Positions 23,861 through 38,488 of a stretch of 64,000 nt of DNA are shown here, one piece after another (within the stretch, counting starts at the first letter, position 1; the number at the start of each line of letters is the position of its first letter). The stretch lies in assembly GCF_009914755.1 (NCBI RefSeq), contig NC_060929.1, one strand, 5' to 3'. A program made the position numbers and the translations under genes. The DNA is from the human T2T-CHM13v2.0 reference genome, Homo sapiens. The notes under the pieces are model-generated. The model ran no database searches. It was not told the origin of the DNA and was given only the letters and a program-made list of their open reading frames with translations.

Positions 23861-26149
23861 TAAATATGTCTATTTGTGATATAGGTCATCTTTTGGATAT
23901 CTCGATCATTAGCCATTCTTCATTTGTATATATTATGCATACAAAAAAAGCACCAGTTCTGTTTTGTTTTCTAGTAACAATACATTTCTTAACCAGAAGC
24001 TAAAGTGGTTTGGGATAAGGCAGAACCTGGTTTAGAAATTAATGCAGAGAAATAGCTAGTTGGAAAGAATACTTGCTACGTACACCATTTCTTTTAGAAG
24101 ACAACTTGCTAGTAGCAAGGGATTGTGTTATGCATAGATTTTACAAAATATCAAGACTACAGTAATCACTGAATACTTGCATTCATTTATTCATTAATTC
24201 AGCAAACATCCATAGTATGGCACTCTATGGTTGGTGCTGTGCACACAAAAATAATTAACATGATTCTCTCACAAGTTAGAGGTACAGTGACAGTCACCAT
24301 CCTTTTAGGTAAAACTGCAAGCAGGAAAAATAAACTGCAGTGCATCTAGTCATTTTTCCATTTGCTTTCATTTCCTTCCTTCTTTAGGCACCCTTTGTAT
24401 CTGGCTCTCCTTGTTTCTTCAATCAACTGTAGAAAAGTATCTGATAAAATTTCATACTAAAGTGTAAGAGATTTATATTGGCTATGTCCTAGAGATATTT
24501 ACTTTATATCAAATTAGAAAGCAAATGAGAAACTCTCTAATTATGGACTTTCCAAACCAGACAGGAGAAGGTAAAATTATTTTTAAAGCCGCTGTTCCTG
24601 AAATCACACCGCCTAGGAAACTGATTAATTTGTTTATTCATTAACTTTGAGAACTTCACATTGAGCAACAAAAGGAGTCTTCTGTAAGATATAATTGGTG
24701 AGACTCCATGGACACTTCTAAAACTAAGTAAGTTCCTTCAATGCATTTAACATTTGGAGGGAGGATACTTTTGGTGTGTTCCTTTCTCTTTTTTTTTCCC
24801 TTTCCTTCTTTTCTTCCTCCCTTCTTTTTCTTTCCTCCTTCTCCTTTCTCCTCATCCTCTTCCTGATCCTTCTCCCCCTCTTGCTCTTCCTCCTTTTTTT
24901 CTTCCTTCTGCTTCATTTTTGCTCTTACTTTCTCTCCTGGAAATCCTGAAGATATGAGGAAATGTTGTAAGAAAAAAAAAAAGAAGAAAGGGATTTTCAG
25001 GACTTAGCCAGCATGACCAGGCAGTCAGAGGCAATGAAGAAATTACTTGGAAGGAATAGGTTGGTGTTGGGGTCTATTCAGTTGTTGTCCTCTCCTTTTG
25101 GCCTGACTAGGGAAATAGTGATAGAAGTGGGGTATTTCCTAAGCTTAGATGCTTGAATTATTCATTAGTCTAAAGTAAATTAACATTTAGAGGCAGGTGA
25201 CACACATTTTCTTGAACAATTATTATCACTAATCATCATTTTCCACAGTAATTTGTATGCTCTCATTATTAGCTCTTGATTTCTATGTAAATCCTTTCCA
25301 TAAAACTGCCACAAGATGGAAGTTTTTTTATTGGCTCTCTTTACCTCTTGATATATTTCTTGGCATTTTGGCATTCCTCATCTGGCACTTGATGGCTGGG
25401 TTTTCAGATTAGGCTGACTGTTGACATGCCCATATAAAACATTCTTTCATTGAGCATATTGCATTTATACAGGAGGCCACCTTGTCCCACCTTCTGCCAT
25501 ATTGTGCCCATATTTTTTTATGTCAATTGTCCAAACATTGACTCTCACATTTTCCCCCTTTTGATTTTTCATTGTGCACCACATTTGACACTTTAACTAC
25601 TTTTACTAGTTGTCCATGCCTTGTCACAAAGACTGAAACTGACACAGGTTTTGCCTAAACAGTTGCCTTGAATAAGTACATTTGTCATATGGATATCCCC
25701 TTCAAATCCTTTAGAACACCTTGGATACTTTTCTGCTAATCTTTTCTTACAGTTATTTGGGCTCCAGGACTCAGCTACGTGAAGGGAACTATCATTCTTT
25801 GTAACAGTTATTTCATACCAACAGTAAATTTTTAAATAAACCCCAGAAAGTGTTCTTGAGATTAGCTAGTTCATGGCAGCCTGTGGCTTGTGTCCCTGTC
25901 TGGCTCCTGAGGGAATGATCCAGTTTGATTGAAGAATTGCTGATAATTCTACTAAATTGAAAGAGTTCCACTTTGATCTAATATAATATCTAAAATTTTT
26001 ACCTTTAGAATAAACCTCATTATACTGGTGAGGAGAGGGATGGACACCCTAGAAAGAGTCAATGCATTAATTTCCAGCATTTACAGGTTAAGTGACACTT
26101 AATAAATCATTGAAGAGTCGCTTAACCTGTGAATGAGACCCGTAAATGA

Positions 26150-26345
26150 AACCATCTCATTCAAGTCCTGGCTCTCTGATTTACCAATGGGGTGACCCTA
26201 TGGCAAGTTAATTCATCCTATGCCTCAATTTTTCTCACCCATAAAAAAGCTTTACTGATTGTGCCTATCTCACAATGTTGTTATGAGGATTCAATGAGTT
26301 AATGCCTGAAAACCTGAAATTAGTGCCTGGCATCTAGTAAGTACA
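26150..26345 (+). mobile_element. MIR fragment
   Basis: ttcaagtcctggctct...ggcaagtta...tgcctcaatttt...ttgttatgaggattcaatgagttaat...agtgcctggca. Confidence 0.75.
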
Positions 26346-26499
26346 TCTAGTGTCAGCAAAGACTGTGATGATGATGGTGAGGATGGTGGTACATGAATAG
26401 TTTTCCTGGAACAAAAAAGGATGAAGCCTTAGCAAAATGGACACAAATATATAATTTTTTTTATCTCCAAAATTGGGTAAGAATGGTCTGAAGAACAGG

Positions 26500-26919
26500 T
26501 GATATTGTTTGGATATTCGTCCCCAGCCAAATTTCATGCTGAAGTGTAATCCCCAAAGCTGGAGGTGGGGCCTGGTAGAAGGTGTTTGGATCATGGGAGT
26601 GGATCCCTCATGGCTTGGTGCTGTCTTCATGATAGGGAGTTCTAGCAAGATATGGTCACTTAAAAGTGTGTGACACTCCCACTCCTGCACCAGCCCCACT
26701 CTCTCTTGCTTGCTCCTGCTGTTGCCATGTGACTTGACTGCTCCTCCTTTGCCTTTTCCCATGATTGTAAGTTTCCTGAGGCCTTCCTAGAAGCCAAGCA
26801 GATGCCAGCACCATGCTTCTTGTACACCCTGCAGAACCTTGAGCCAATTAAACTTCTTTTCTTTATAAATTACCAGTCTCAGGTATTTCTTTATAGCAAT
26901 GCAAGAACAGCCTAACACA
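26500..26919 (+). mobile_element. Solo MaLR LTR of the MST family (MSTA/MSTB-like)
   Basis: TG...CA termini; typical MST start (tgatattgtttggat) and end (aattaaac...ctttataaattacc...tttatagcaatgcaagaacagcctaacaca); 5-bp TSD acagg/acaga. Confidence 0.9.
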
Positions 26920-28006
26920 ACAGATATTTCCTGTGGAGAGCAGGCCTAGGTAAGTATCTCTAAGAGAAAGTCCTAGGTAGCCCCAACATCCTCACATGGC
27001 TGAGGAATGTATTGTGCCTGATCCTTCACAAGTGTTCAGGGCAAACGTTGTGACTAAGCTCCTGCAACAAGCATTCATTGTTAAAGACTCTGAAGAGAAG
27101 GTGGTTTAGTGAAGGGGTTGAGTGACTTTTCCCTAAAGAAGCTTTGCAGCCTTAGCAGAGCTATGCTTTTCATGACCCCTTTCTGGAACCAATTTCATGG
27201 TTACAAATTATGCACGAACATCTCCAGTTGGTTTCCTACATTAAAAATACTGCCTCAGTTTTAAATTTTACCTGAAGGCTGGTTACACCAAGCTCTTACC
27301 TGTCATATTTTTAATGCATTAAGTCTGTATTCTGGCTCATTGTTGAGTCTTGTCATTTTGGCCAGAAAATGTAACTGCAGTGCTACTGACATTGTCCTAA
27401 TGGTGTCTTTACATAAAATACAATTTTCTTAAACAAGGAAGAAAAGCAGCTTCAAGATCAGTGACACCAACACTGTAAAGTAAGGGTTTTAACTTCAAGA
27501 CCTATTCAAACAGTTATCTGTGTCAGCATACGTGTGTGTGTACACACACACACAGACTTCAGAGACGCAGGCAGAGAAAAACACAGGATAACATTCCACA
27601 TCATTGTGAAGCTTCCAGAAGTATGAAGCTCAGGAGTACGTCAACAGAGAGTACTGTTACCATATCCAACCTGCTCCTCCTCCTTTTGACATTTCTAAAG
27701 AAGCAAAGGAGCTCCTGCTGTTCAGGCACTGCAGGAGAGGAACGTACACTAGCTGTGCCCAAAGGGGTTTGCATTGTAAGCTGGATGAAAATAACTTCTC
27801 TATCTTTTCTTGGAAGATTATTTTTTTGTCCACATAAAATAAACACAACAGAAAAACATGTCATTTCAGGAACATAGTGTTTCACAGACCCCTAAGTCAT
27901 TGCCATCACAATTTAAAAATCAATTCTGGCGTGCTGAATTGAAAAAACTGGGAAGAACCAGTTAGAAGAGGTATATAAATATAAAATCTAAATGTAAGAA
28001 ACAACA

Positions 28007-28143
28007 CAGGAGGCTGAGGCAGGAAGATTGCTTGAGTCAGGAGTTTGAGATTACAGTGAGCTATGACTGCACCACTGCACTTCAGCCTGGGTGACAGAGT
28101 GACACTCTGTCGCTAAAAAAAAAAAAAAAAAAAAAGGAAAGAA
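28007..28143 (+). mobile_element. 5'-truncated old Alu (AluJ right arm or monomer) with A tail
   Basis: Alu 3' sequence with poly(A); TSD aagaaacaaca at 27996-28006 and 28144-28154. Confidence 0.9.
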
Positions 28144-28568
28144 AAGAAACAACAACAACGCAGTCATTAATACACAATAGGTAAGTTTTCCTTGATCCGA
28201 TGTCTTTGTTTTTAGAAAAATGTTACACATTTAATTGAAGTAAATAAAGAAAATAACCTGTAGTATTTTGCACACTAAAAGCCTTGATTTTTGAGTAACT
28301 TTTAAGTATATGTTTTGAGTATATGTTTGAGTAACTTTTAAGTATATGTTTTATTTTAACCTAGAGTTCACTTTGATATTACTTATGACAATCCACATGT
28401 TACTGCTATTGCTATCATATAAGCTACTTGGTTCAGTTGGCAGAAGAGGGGAAGTAAATTAGCCAAAGTGTATGGTTGGACTCCTGTCCAGTAAGGACTA
28501 GTTGGCTTGGCTCTCTGCCAGAGCAACAGATTATATTTCTAACTCTTCTCAACAACAGAGGCTATTCC

Positions 28569-28871
28569 TTTTTTTGTTTGTTTGTTTGTTTGAGACGGAG
28601 TCTCACTGTCGTCCAGGCTGGACTCCAGTGACGCGATCTCGGCTCACTGCAAGCTCCGCCTCCCGGGTTCAAGCGATTCTCCTGCCTCAGCCTCCTGAAT
28701 AGCTGGGACTACAGGCGCCTGCCACCATGCCCAGCTAATTTTCGTATTTTTAGGAGAGATGGGGTTTTGCCATGTTGGCCAGGCTTGTCTCTAACTCCTG
28801 ACCTTAAGTGATCCACCCGCCTAGGCCTCCCAAAGTGCTGGGATTACAGGTGTGAGCCACAGCGCCCAGCC
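28569..28871 (-). mobile_element. AluS (Sx/Sz-like) with (TTTG)n tail
   Basis: Reverse-complement Alu dimer. Confidence 0.95.
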
Positions 28872-29898
28872 AATAGGGTCTATACTTTAAAAAATTATTT
28901 TATTTTCCGAAATACCAAAAATCATGCTGTTCTGCACCTAGGATTTAACAACTATTTGCTTAGGGAAGAAAAAAAGCAAAGAGAACATCACAGTCATCTC
29001 TGGGTCATCTCTCGGTCATGTCCTTTGGTTACAAATGGCTGACAAGATCATCTTCTGTTTCTCAGCCATTATCTTCTTTTCATGGTCAAAGTCTAACAGA
29101 ATTTACACACCCAGTTACCTGAGAACTTAGTAAAAGTTACTTCAAACTTTTTTGCTATGTTGTTCCTATTTCTCAGATACATGTATTTTATAATAGAAGA
29201 ATAAGAAACTCATCAGTCAACTATTTCAAAATCCTTAATATTCAGCATTAAAGGACACTAATCTGTAGGGGAAAATGCAAATGAACACATAAGAACATGT
29301 AATTCCTTCTTCCTCCATTCTTATTTAACCTCACATTTATGTGTAGTAATGGTGTACGAAATTACAAGTTATCTAGTTAGTACCTGATTCATTAACTTAA
29401 GATAGTTGAAGATTCTAACTTGCTTTAATATTTTTTTTTTAAGCCAACTTAAAGCACTCTGGCTTCTTTCAGCTTATAGAGAGATGTTCTTGCTGGTATA
29501 ACAAACTTATATATTAAATTAGCTGAAATGCTCTCAAACTAGTCCTCAAAGGGGCTGGGTAAAACAACAGGAAACATACAGGAGACTGGATCTGTAAGTA
29601 GAATACAACACCTGATAGCAAATAATTTGGGTATGTGTAAAGTGTAAAGTGAGGAGCAGGTTTCTGCAGAATTACTCACTTACTATGGGTGGAGGGAACC
29701 TCTCTTACAAAACTATGTAACCTTTAAGTACGTATGTGTAAGTTTATGTGGAAATACTGCATAGATTATCTAGGAATTGGACATTATTAGCTGCTCATAG
29801 AATTGATATGAGAAATAATATTAACCTATCCATATGCTTACAAGACTGCAAATAAAATGATAAAATGCTATTGTATTTCTTCTTTCAAAATTCAACTT

Positions 29899-30111
29899 TG
29901 GATGGAATTGGAGACCACTATTCTAAGTGAAGTAACTCAGGAACGAAAACCAAACATCATGTGTTCTCACTCATAAATGGGAGCTAAGCTATGAGGACAC
30001 AAAGGCATAAGAATGACACAATGGACTTTGGGGACTCAGGGGAAAGGGTGGGAGAGGGGCAAGGGATAAGACTATGATAAAAAAATTAATTAAAACTGAA
30101 AATAAATAAAT
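29899..30111 (+). mobile_element. Short 5'-truncated L1 (L1PB-like 3' end)
   Basis: ggatggaattggagacc...gttctcactcataaatgggagctaagctatgagg...ggactttggggactcagggg; A-rich tail; TSD aaaattca(a/g)ctt at 29887-29898 and 30112-30123. Confidence 0.85.
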
Positions 30112-30159
30112 AAAATTCAGCTTAATTTTATTTTTATGCATATAAAAATAAAAACTATG

Positions 30160-30495
30160 GGCCGGCATGGTGGCTTACGACTGTAATCCCAGCACTTTGA
30201 GAGGTTGAGGTGGAAGGATTGCTTGAGCCCAGGAGTTTGAGACCAGTCTGGGCAACATGAGGAGACCCCAGTCTCTACCAAAAACAAACAACAACAAAAA
30301 ATTGACCAGGTATGGTGGCACATGTCTGTAGTCCCAGCTACTCGGGGGCTGAAGTGGGAAGATCACCTGAGCCCAGGAGTTCGGAGTTATAGTGAGCTAT
30401 GATCATGCCACTGCACTCCAGCCTGGACAACAGACTGAGACCCTGTCTCAAAATAAAATATAAAATAAAATAAAATATAAAATGAAATAAAATAC
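30160..30495 (+). mobile_element. AluJ with (TAAAA)n tail
   Basis: AluJ diagnostics (ggattgcttgagcccaggagtttgag; gagctatgatcatgcc). Confidence 0.93.
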
Positions 30496-30635
30496 AAATT
30501 ATGATAGAAATTATTGGTTTTGAGAATTAATGAAAATATTATGTTAGTTGCTAATCTTAGATTGAACTTAAGTTCTTATGTTTTCCATAGTAATCAAGGA
30601 GTTTATTCAAAACCAGAAAATATTATTGTAGTTTA

Positions 30636-30942
<307 letters not shown>

Positions 30943-31549
30943 TTATTTTTGAGTGTAAAATAATTCAAATGTGCAGAAAAATGCTAACAAAATTACAGAA
31001 TATCAAAAATTTATTAACCACCATTCACATTTGAAAGATCTTAATTTTCATGTAGCCTTTTTAAAGAAAATAAATAAGTAAAAATTATCCCTCCACCTTC
31101 TAATCCTGTCTACTCTCCTTTTCTTTCTTTCCACAGGTAGCCACTCTCTAAAAGTTAATATATATTTCTCCTGTGCATTTTGGAAATCTTGTACTACATA
31201 TTTATGTATCTAGACATTTGCTTTTTCTCCAAAACTTATGTTTTTAAGGTTTTCCCATGTTGATACATGCAAATTAACTGTCCATCAGTAGAGGAAATGA
31301 AAAATGATGGTTCATTCTTATATTAAATGGTATTAGGGATTACCATAGATAAAATAGATCTAAATGTATTAACATATTAAGCTATTTTTTAAACCAGTTT
31401 AAAGGTCCCAACAGTCATGGAATACTTTATTCATATAATTCATTCACTAATTCATGAAATATTTTTGGAAGTTGCTTCTGTGCCAGGTACCATTCTAGCA
31501 GCTTAGGGTGCCACAGTGAACAAAACAGATGAAGCCCCATTTTGGCTAG

Positions 31550-34310
31550 TTTGCCACCTGGAGCGTGTACCAGTTATGCCAGCCTCTGGTTTGCTGCTAA
31601 AGGAAAGAAATAAGTATCATGCCCAGAAATGGTCAGGGTGGGATCCTAAAGTTTCCAAATCGGTATTGATAACCTCCCATCCTTTTCTGATCATTACCCA
31701 AGAGTCAGGCAAAGGAGATGAAACGTTTCTGTGGGTGGCTACATTCAAGGACTAGACTGCCTTACTTAGGTGTGTGGCCCAGGAGAATGTGAAGGAGAAG
31801 GAGTCAGAAATCCTTTTGTGTTGATTTTGAAAATGCTGTTCCAAGGCTCTACAATATCAAATGCCTGTAAATGGCTAGGTGCATAGAATACCCATCAAAT
31901 ACCTTGACCTTTGGCTCATTATTGGGTGGCCTTTGAGACAGCAGGCATACATTCTGACTATAGATTATCTAGAAAGCTGAAAACATGAAAGAGTTTGATT
32001 CAAAGACCATAAAGGTATGACTAAAGTCAGATGATTAGTCTAGAACTGCAACACCATAACCTGAAAAATTGTCAACAGTGGTAAGGCATCAATGGCAGTC
32101 CAAGAGTGAATCAAAGGTCCAACATAATAAATTGTTCAGGTAAAGGCAGGGACAATGTCTATTGAAGTATAGTGAGTTCTTCATCGAAAGACCAATTTTT
32201 GGCAAAAGTCATAAGTCTGGCATGCAGTGGTGGCATCTGCACCAGAAACATTGTTTTTTAATATGTGCCCATTCCACGATGATGGCTGTGTTGCTATGTG
32301 TGATGCTATAATAGATCCAGGTGACAATGGTGGCTGTCTGGAAAGTTCAGGCTTAGCAGCTTCATTCCAGTCATTCTCATTCAAAAATGAATCTTTACAA
32401 AGGTATGTACTGAGTGACCCAGATTATTCGATCAGCAACCACAATTTGTTTTTAGTTTGTTGCCCTTAAACAGGGCTGTCTTTATTCTGCCAGACCAGAT
32501 GTCTAAGCTATTGACTACAGACAAAGAATCAGTAAAAATACAACATGTGTGGCCCTCAGAAGTATTGTGTAAGGCAAGGATAATGGCTTTCAATTCAACT
32601 CATTGTGGTGACAGGTCCTTACCACAGTCTTCCAGTCTGCCATTGAAGCTGGATGATTACTGCCTCCTAGTAGATACTATCAGCTTTTAATTTAGTTAAA
32701 TCATCAGTGAGCTAGGCCGGAATATTTAGGAAAACCTCTGTGAATAGAATTCCATTGAACTATTGGTTTTGCTACACATGGTGGAGTCAGGGATAAGGAA
32801 GTCCCCACAGGGGTAGCTGCCACTTTTTCATGTAAAACCAAAATGCTGCCATGGCCAGGCTGCCGGTACTCTTGATATACCATTTCCATTTGACTCATAA
32901 TGCCTGTTGGGCATTCCTAGCTTGTTAATCATCAAGTTGGAGTTGACCTGAACTAAAATGGGAATGGCAAGGCAGAGATTCACAATGCTTGCACGGCTTT
33001 CAACAAGACCTTAGTAGCAGGTTAATAGCTTCCTTTTTCACCTATGTTAGGCAGTGATGGTGTCTTGAGAGGTCCTGAAAATGACCTCTCTGAGAATCTG
33101 GCAGCCTTTAAGTCTTTAACTGAAGCTGTGATTTCTTTTCTCCCTCTGGGTTTTTATTGTTCTTGACCACCCTAAAGGGAGGGTGCATGTAGTGATTCCT
33201 GTATGGGTCCTGTCTATCACTGATGGAACAGGGAAGTATAGGCACATACCACCTTAATTTCATTACATGTTCAGATGTGGAAGTCACAATAGTACATAGT
33301 GGTAGCATAAATGCCCCACCCATAAGGTCACTTTAGTTTATTTGTCTACTGTGAACTTTGCCTAGACTCCATCAGTTGAATTCAGGTGCATTTTTCCCTA
33401 CAGGGATACAGGTCAGGGAGTCTAACGCATGCTCATCAAGGGGTACAGTAGCAGTACCCAGATCATGCTATTCCCCAGCTGTGAGGTTGGGAGGTGCAGG
33501 GTTGCTGGTGAGGCTAGTCCATTGGTGGGAATAGTAGGAAGAAACATAATTTTTAGCCTTTTCATTCCCCTTGACCCTTGACTCTAAGATGGATATCTTA
33601 GCCCCAGTGCTGCTTCCTTCTCTGTGCACCTCTGGCATCTGGAGAGTGCTTAGGTCCAGGGGTCCCTCTCTTTTTGTCCTTGTCTATATCACTACATTTT
33701 GTCTTGTGAGCTTTCAGCCACCCAACATCCAGTGCCTCTTTCTTCTTGCTAGGCAAGTTTGACTATAGCAGAGACCAGGTAGACAGGCATGGCCAGCCCT
33801 GTTCACTTTTGCTTTTGAGAGGCTGCCTGCTCATGGTGCAACCAAACTTCTAATGTTTGCAGTTTACCTAAAGGTCTATATTGATGAGCAAAATCCCTAT
33901 TTCTGACATCACTTATTTCAGTTTTAGGAACTGTTTGACTCCATAGCCACAGCCACACTATCTTTTAGCTGGAGTTTTCTGTTCCTTTTGTAATGTTAAT
34001 ATCCCTTCCTCTGGCCATTTGTAGGAGAGTGAGCAACAGCTAAGACACCATTTCTGTAGCTTGCTTCAATTTTAGCTCTCATTGTTTATCCTCATTAACA
34101 AGTAAAACAGTGGGGAACTCTTACCCACTTCCACCCATACCCCATCTACCACTTCGGCAAGAACATTAGCTACTGGATTCCAGGGGGTCTTTTCATATCT
34201 TCGAATGAAAACTGTGGGAGCCTTGTCCTTCCTTTTTAAAAAAGAAACATGTTTCTGCCACCAACCCATCCCCCTGCCAAAAGTTAGAAACTATTGAGTA
34301 AGCCTGTTAC
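31550..34310 (-). mobile_element. Probable decayed ERVL internal sequence attached to the adjacent LTR; left boundary uncertain
   Basis: Abuts the 3' end of the LTR40-like element, is less AT-rich than its flanks, and has only broken short ORFs with no intact gag or pol motif I can verify. Confidence 0.45.
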
Positions 34311-34976
34311 TGTTTGATAGAGGTTGGCAGAAAACATGAGACTCCTGAGTCAGGCAAAAGTATTTATTTCTCATGGCACAGCAAACAGCATGAGCATCAA
34401 CATATCTGCATTGATTCTCTTTGTCCACAGTTCTGTGTGATATGGTGGTGTGATATAGCTTGGATGGTTGCTATGTGCACAGTGGGTTTGTATAGCTGAG
34501 GAACACTAAGTTTGGGGAATTCACCACTTTTATAACAAGCAGTAAAAAGCCGACTCTTTGTCTCAGAGGAAGATTTTACCTTATCTTTCAGGGCTGCTCA
34601 CTGCAAATCCAACCTTGAGAAATGACCTGGTTAAAGAGTAGTCTGGTCTTGAGGCTGGGCGCAGTGGCTAACGCCTGTAATCCCAGCACTTTTGGAGGCT
34701 AAGGTAGCAGATCACTTAGGGTCAGGAGTTCAAGACCAGCCTGGCCAACACGGTGGAACCCTGTCTCATGCCTGTAGTCCTAGCTACTCAGGAGGCTGAT
34801 GCAGGATAATTGTTTGAAACCCAAAGGCGGAGGTTGCAGTGAGCCAAGATCGCACCACTGCACTACAGCCTGGGCGACAAAACGAGAAGACTAGGCTGGT
34901 CCTGCATTCGCATTCCTGGCAAACCCAACAAGATGTGTATCAATGGGAGAGACCCATAGAGGACTGTCTCCCAACA
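34311..34976 (-). mobile_element. LTR40-like ERVL LTR interrupted by an Alu
   Basis: Minus strand begins TGTTGGGAGACAGTCCTCTATGGGTCTCTC (LTR40-type start as I recall it), has AATAAA near 34371-34377 and ends ...AAACA. Confidence 0.7.
34653..34887 (+). mobile_element. AluS with internal deletion of the A-rich linker and no poly(A) tail
   Basis: The left arm ...ccctgtctc joins directly to the right arm atgcctgtagtcc; the element ends at aacgaga. Confidence 0.88.
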
Positions 34977-35235
34977 ATAATACTTCTTCATAATAGTTTC
35001 ATTTTCTAATCTTTTTGAACATATTTTAAATTATTTTTAAAAATTGCATTTAGAAATTTTTTAATATTTAGTTCATTACTCCTAGTGGTTGGTTCCAGGT
35101 AAGGAAAGTAATCATTTACTATCCCCAGTTACTCCCTAGAATGTTTCAGCTCCATTGGAGGTATATTTATTTTTCACTAAGATGCTGTGAATGTGTAGTG
35201 CTATATAGTGTGCTAAAATAGGTAAATACTGAGTG

Positions 35236-35346
35236 ATACACACATATGTGTGTGTGTGTATGTATATGTATATGCACATACACATAACTATATAAAAATC
35301 TATGTATAATGTGTATAACAGTTATATATATGTGTGTGTATACATA
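35236..35346 (+). repeat. TA/TG/CA low-complexity tract
   Basis: Read directly from the sequence. Confidence 0.8.
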
Positions 35347-35354
35347 GTTTTAAA

Positions 35355-35500
35355 AACCTTTATAACATCCCTAAATATAGATATTATTTCCACTTACAGA
35401 TGAAGAAACTGACCAAGAGTGGTTAAAAATTTTTTTCGTAACTTGTAGCTGGCCAAGGGGGCATTAAACACAGGTGTCAAAGTTTGTAACTTTTGACCAT
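35355..35500 (-). mobile_element. MIR fragment
   Basis: attatttccacttacagatgaagaaactga core. Confidence 0.6.
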
Positions 35501-37017
35501 ACCATGACACGATAAAGATTAAAATATTTCTTAATATATAATAAGTTATATATTACTAAGGACTTAAGACATTACTTATTACATAATTAAAATAGCACAA
35601 GACCACAATTAAAGATTATTTTAATCTATATGATGGTTTATAATAAAACAAATGCTGGTGTTTGGGTATCTCTATAGGACACTTGCTTCCTCACCTTTTC
35701 TACACAAGTGCACCTTTACATCTTCCTCTTCAGCATGAAGACATATTGGGAGTAATACAATGGTCACTCTTTGATGTTATCCAGAAGAAACAGAGCAGTC
35801 ATCCTTATAATGTGACCTTATAAATTTGACCCAAATATCTACTTTCTTATGCGCTTTTCTTATATTCTTTCTGCTTGTCCTCAAACACTGATGTTTGCTT
35901 GTGTTGGGTGTGCACAGCCTTGTGGTGGTGACAGACAAAGGACAGCAAAAGCCAACATGGGAAATCTTTTGCTATCATAGAGTTCATTTTCCAAGACAAA
36001 TATCCACGTAGATAAAATCAAGACTTCTTTTCTACTGTTGATTGTATCAATCTAATTCATGTTCATGAACTATATATATGTTATGTATGTGTGTTATATA
36101 TGTATTATGCGTGTGTGCATGTAAATGCTGAACGTCAATTAGAATTATATACACATATTTGATCAAATGCATTAACAACAAATAGTTTCTAATGCTTTAT
36201 GAAAAATGTTTGTTTTAATGTTTGACATCTTTTTTTCTTAATAATTAAGAGAATATTGCAATGTCTACTGTCCTCCTCCCATTTAAGCATTTTTTTCTAT
36301 TGATCATATGTACTTTTCTCTGAAATTCATACACTCATGAAATTCCACTGCTAGCTTCAGAGGACTTAAGCAGATAGGCCTTGCACTTAATTTCACTAAG
36401 TGCACCTCAAAATGTACCCGGGCCTTTTATTTTTATTTGTGTTGTCCTTTATTTAACCCTCAAAGACGAATGGCTGAATGATCAATTTTATAAGAAGGTG
36501 CTTTAATATTACCGGTTGCATTGACTGTCACTCTTGGTACTATAAATATTGAAGCTTCAAATAGTTTCCCTGGGGCGAAAATTAATGAAGCCTCATTTTG
36601 GACAGTCTAGAGACAAAATATAAGAATTTTAGCTTTCTTATTCTTTTTTATCTTCTGAGGTTTAACATTACATTGAGCAAGAGTAAGAGTATGGTATAAG
36701 ACCCCAGATAGCAAAATAATCAAGCCATTTAATATTCTGCAATAAATAATATCTTCATCCTTGAAGTAGTCAATTTATGTGATGTGTATTATTACATTAC
36801 ATGATCAGTCTCGATGTAATTATGTTAGATTACTGCTACTACTTTAGCATTTGTGTTAACTTGATCAGGATTGAGCTGGAATTTACTTCCCTTTATCTAT
36901 GGTAATATAACAGCACAGCAAATGTTATAGTTGAGTATGTTCAAAGTATTTAAGAGAACTAATATTCTTTGAGTAGTTTATCTTGATTTGAATCAGGGCT
37001 CAATGGAAGCATAATGA

Positions 37018-37425
<408 letters not shown>

Positions 37426-37484
37426 TCCCTACTACTATTTCTTACATAATATTCTGAATTTGAGATTTATCTTCATATAAGTAT

Positions 37485-37770
37485 TTTAAAATTCTGGTAA
37501 AATTTACACAGAGTGAAATACACAGATCTTAAATGTACACTAGGTCAATTTTAACAAATGATCCCAGTCAAGATATATAACTTTTCTGTCACTGAAGTAA
37601 GTCCCTTGGTGCCCCCTTCTAGTCAGTTCCCACCGCCACCAACAGGCAACTACTGTTCTCATTTCTATCAGCATAGATTAGTTTTGTCTGTTCTTGAACT
37701 GTATATAAATGCAATTATACAGTTTGTTCTCTTTTGTGCCCAGATTCTTTCATGCAGCATAATCCTCACA
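37485..37770 (-). mobile_element. Old L1 (L1ME-like) 3'-end fragment
   Basis: taaaatttacacagagtgaaatacacagatcttaa...ggcaactactgttct...atagattagttttgtctgttcttgaact...tttcatgcagcataat is typical L1ME 3' sequence. Confidence 0.75.
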
Positions 37771-38186
37771 TAAATTTTAATGAGTGAATTTTAATAATTG
37801 TTATCACAATTAGCACTGAAATTAGTTACATTCTGGTTTATCTAATAACTAGTCATACATAATTTTTAAAATACAGAAGTTCAATGTATCATGTCTCCTG
37901 TTTCTTGATTTTATATTTCATAGGAACTCTCTCTTCTATTCTCAGAGTCTACAAAATGCATTATTAAAAAGGCAGGAAGAAAACTGGGCTTTATCAAGGT
38001 AGGTGAGGAAGGGCTGTTGTGTATGTCTTTGTATTGTCAGTATATTTAAAGTGGACTCTGGAGAGGACACATTGGTTAGAAGACAAAAATCATTTTTCTG
38101 AGTTATTTCGTAGTTATTAAACTCAAAGGACAAATATCATTACTGGTTGGGGGATTCAGGAGAGAGATAGAAGAAACTATTATTCT

Positions 38187-38488
38187 GTCTCTCTCTCTCT
38201 TATAGCTACAGGGTCTTGCTGTGTCCCCCAGGCTGGAGTGCAATAGTGCAATCATAGCTCACTATAACCTTTAACTCCTGGGCTCCAGTGACCCTTTTGC
38301 CTCAGCCTCCAGAATAGCTATGACTATAGGTGTGCACCACCATGACAGGCTAATTTTTAAATTTTTTTGTAGGACAGGCATCTCACTATGTTGTTCAGGC
38401 TGGTCTTAAACTCCTGGGCTCAAGTGATCTGCTCACCTCAGCCTCCCAAACCATTGGGATTACAGGGTGTAAGCTATCACTTCTGGCC
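38187..38488 (-). mobile_element. AluJ with a (CT)n-converted tail
   Basis: Reverse AluJ; TSD agaaa(c/g)tattattct at 38172-38186 and 38489-38503. Confidence 0.92.

Noticed and set aside
36382-36404. Inverted repeat TGCACTTA-7nt-TAAGTGCA
   Set aside because: An 8-bp stem with a short spacer is expected several times by chance in 64 kb, and nothing else supports it.
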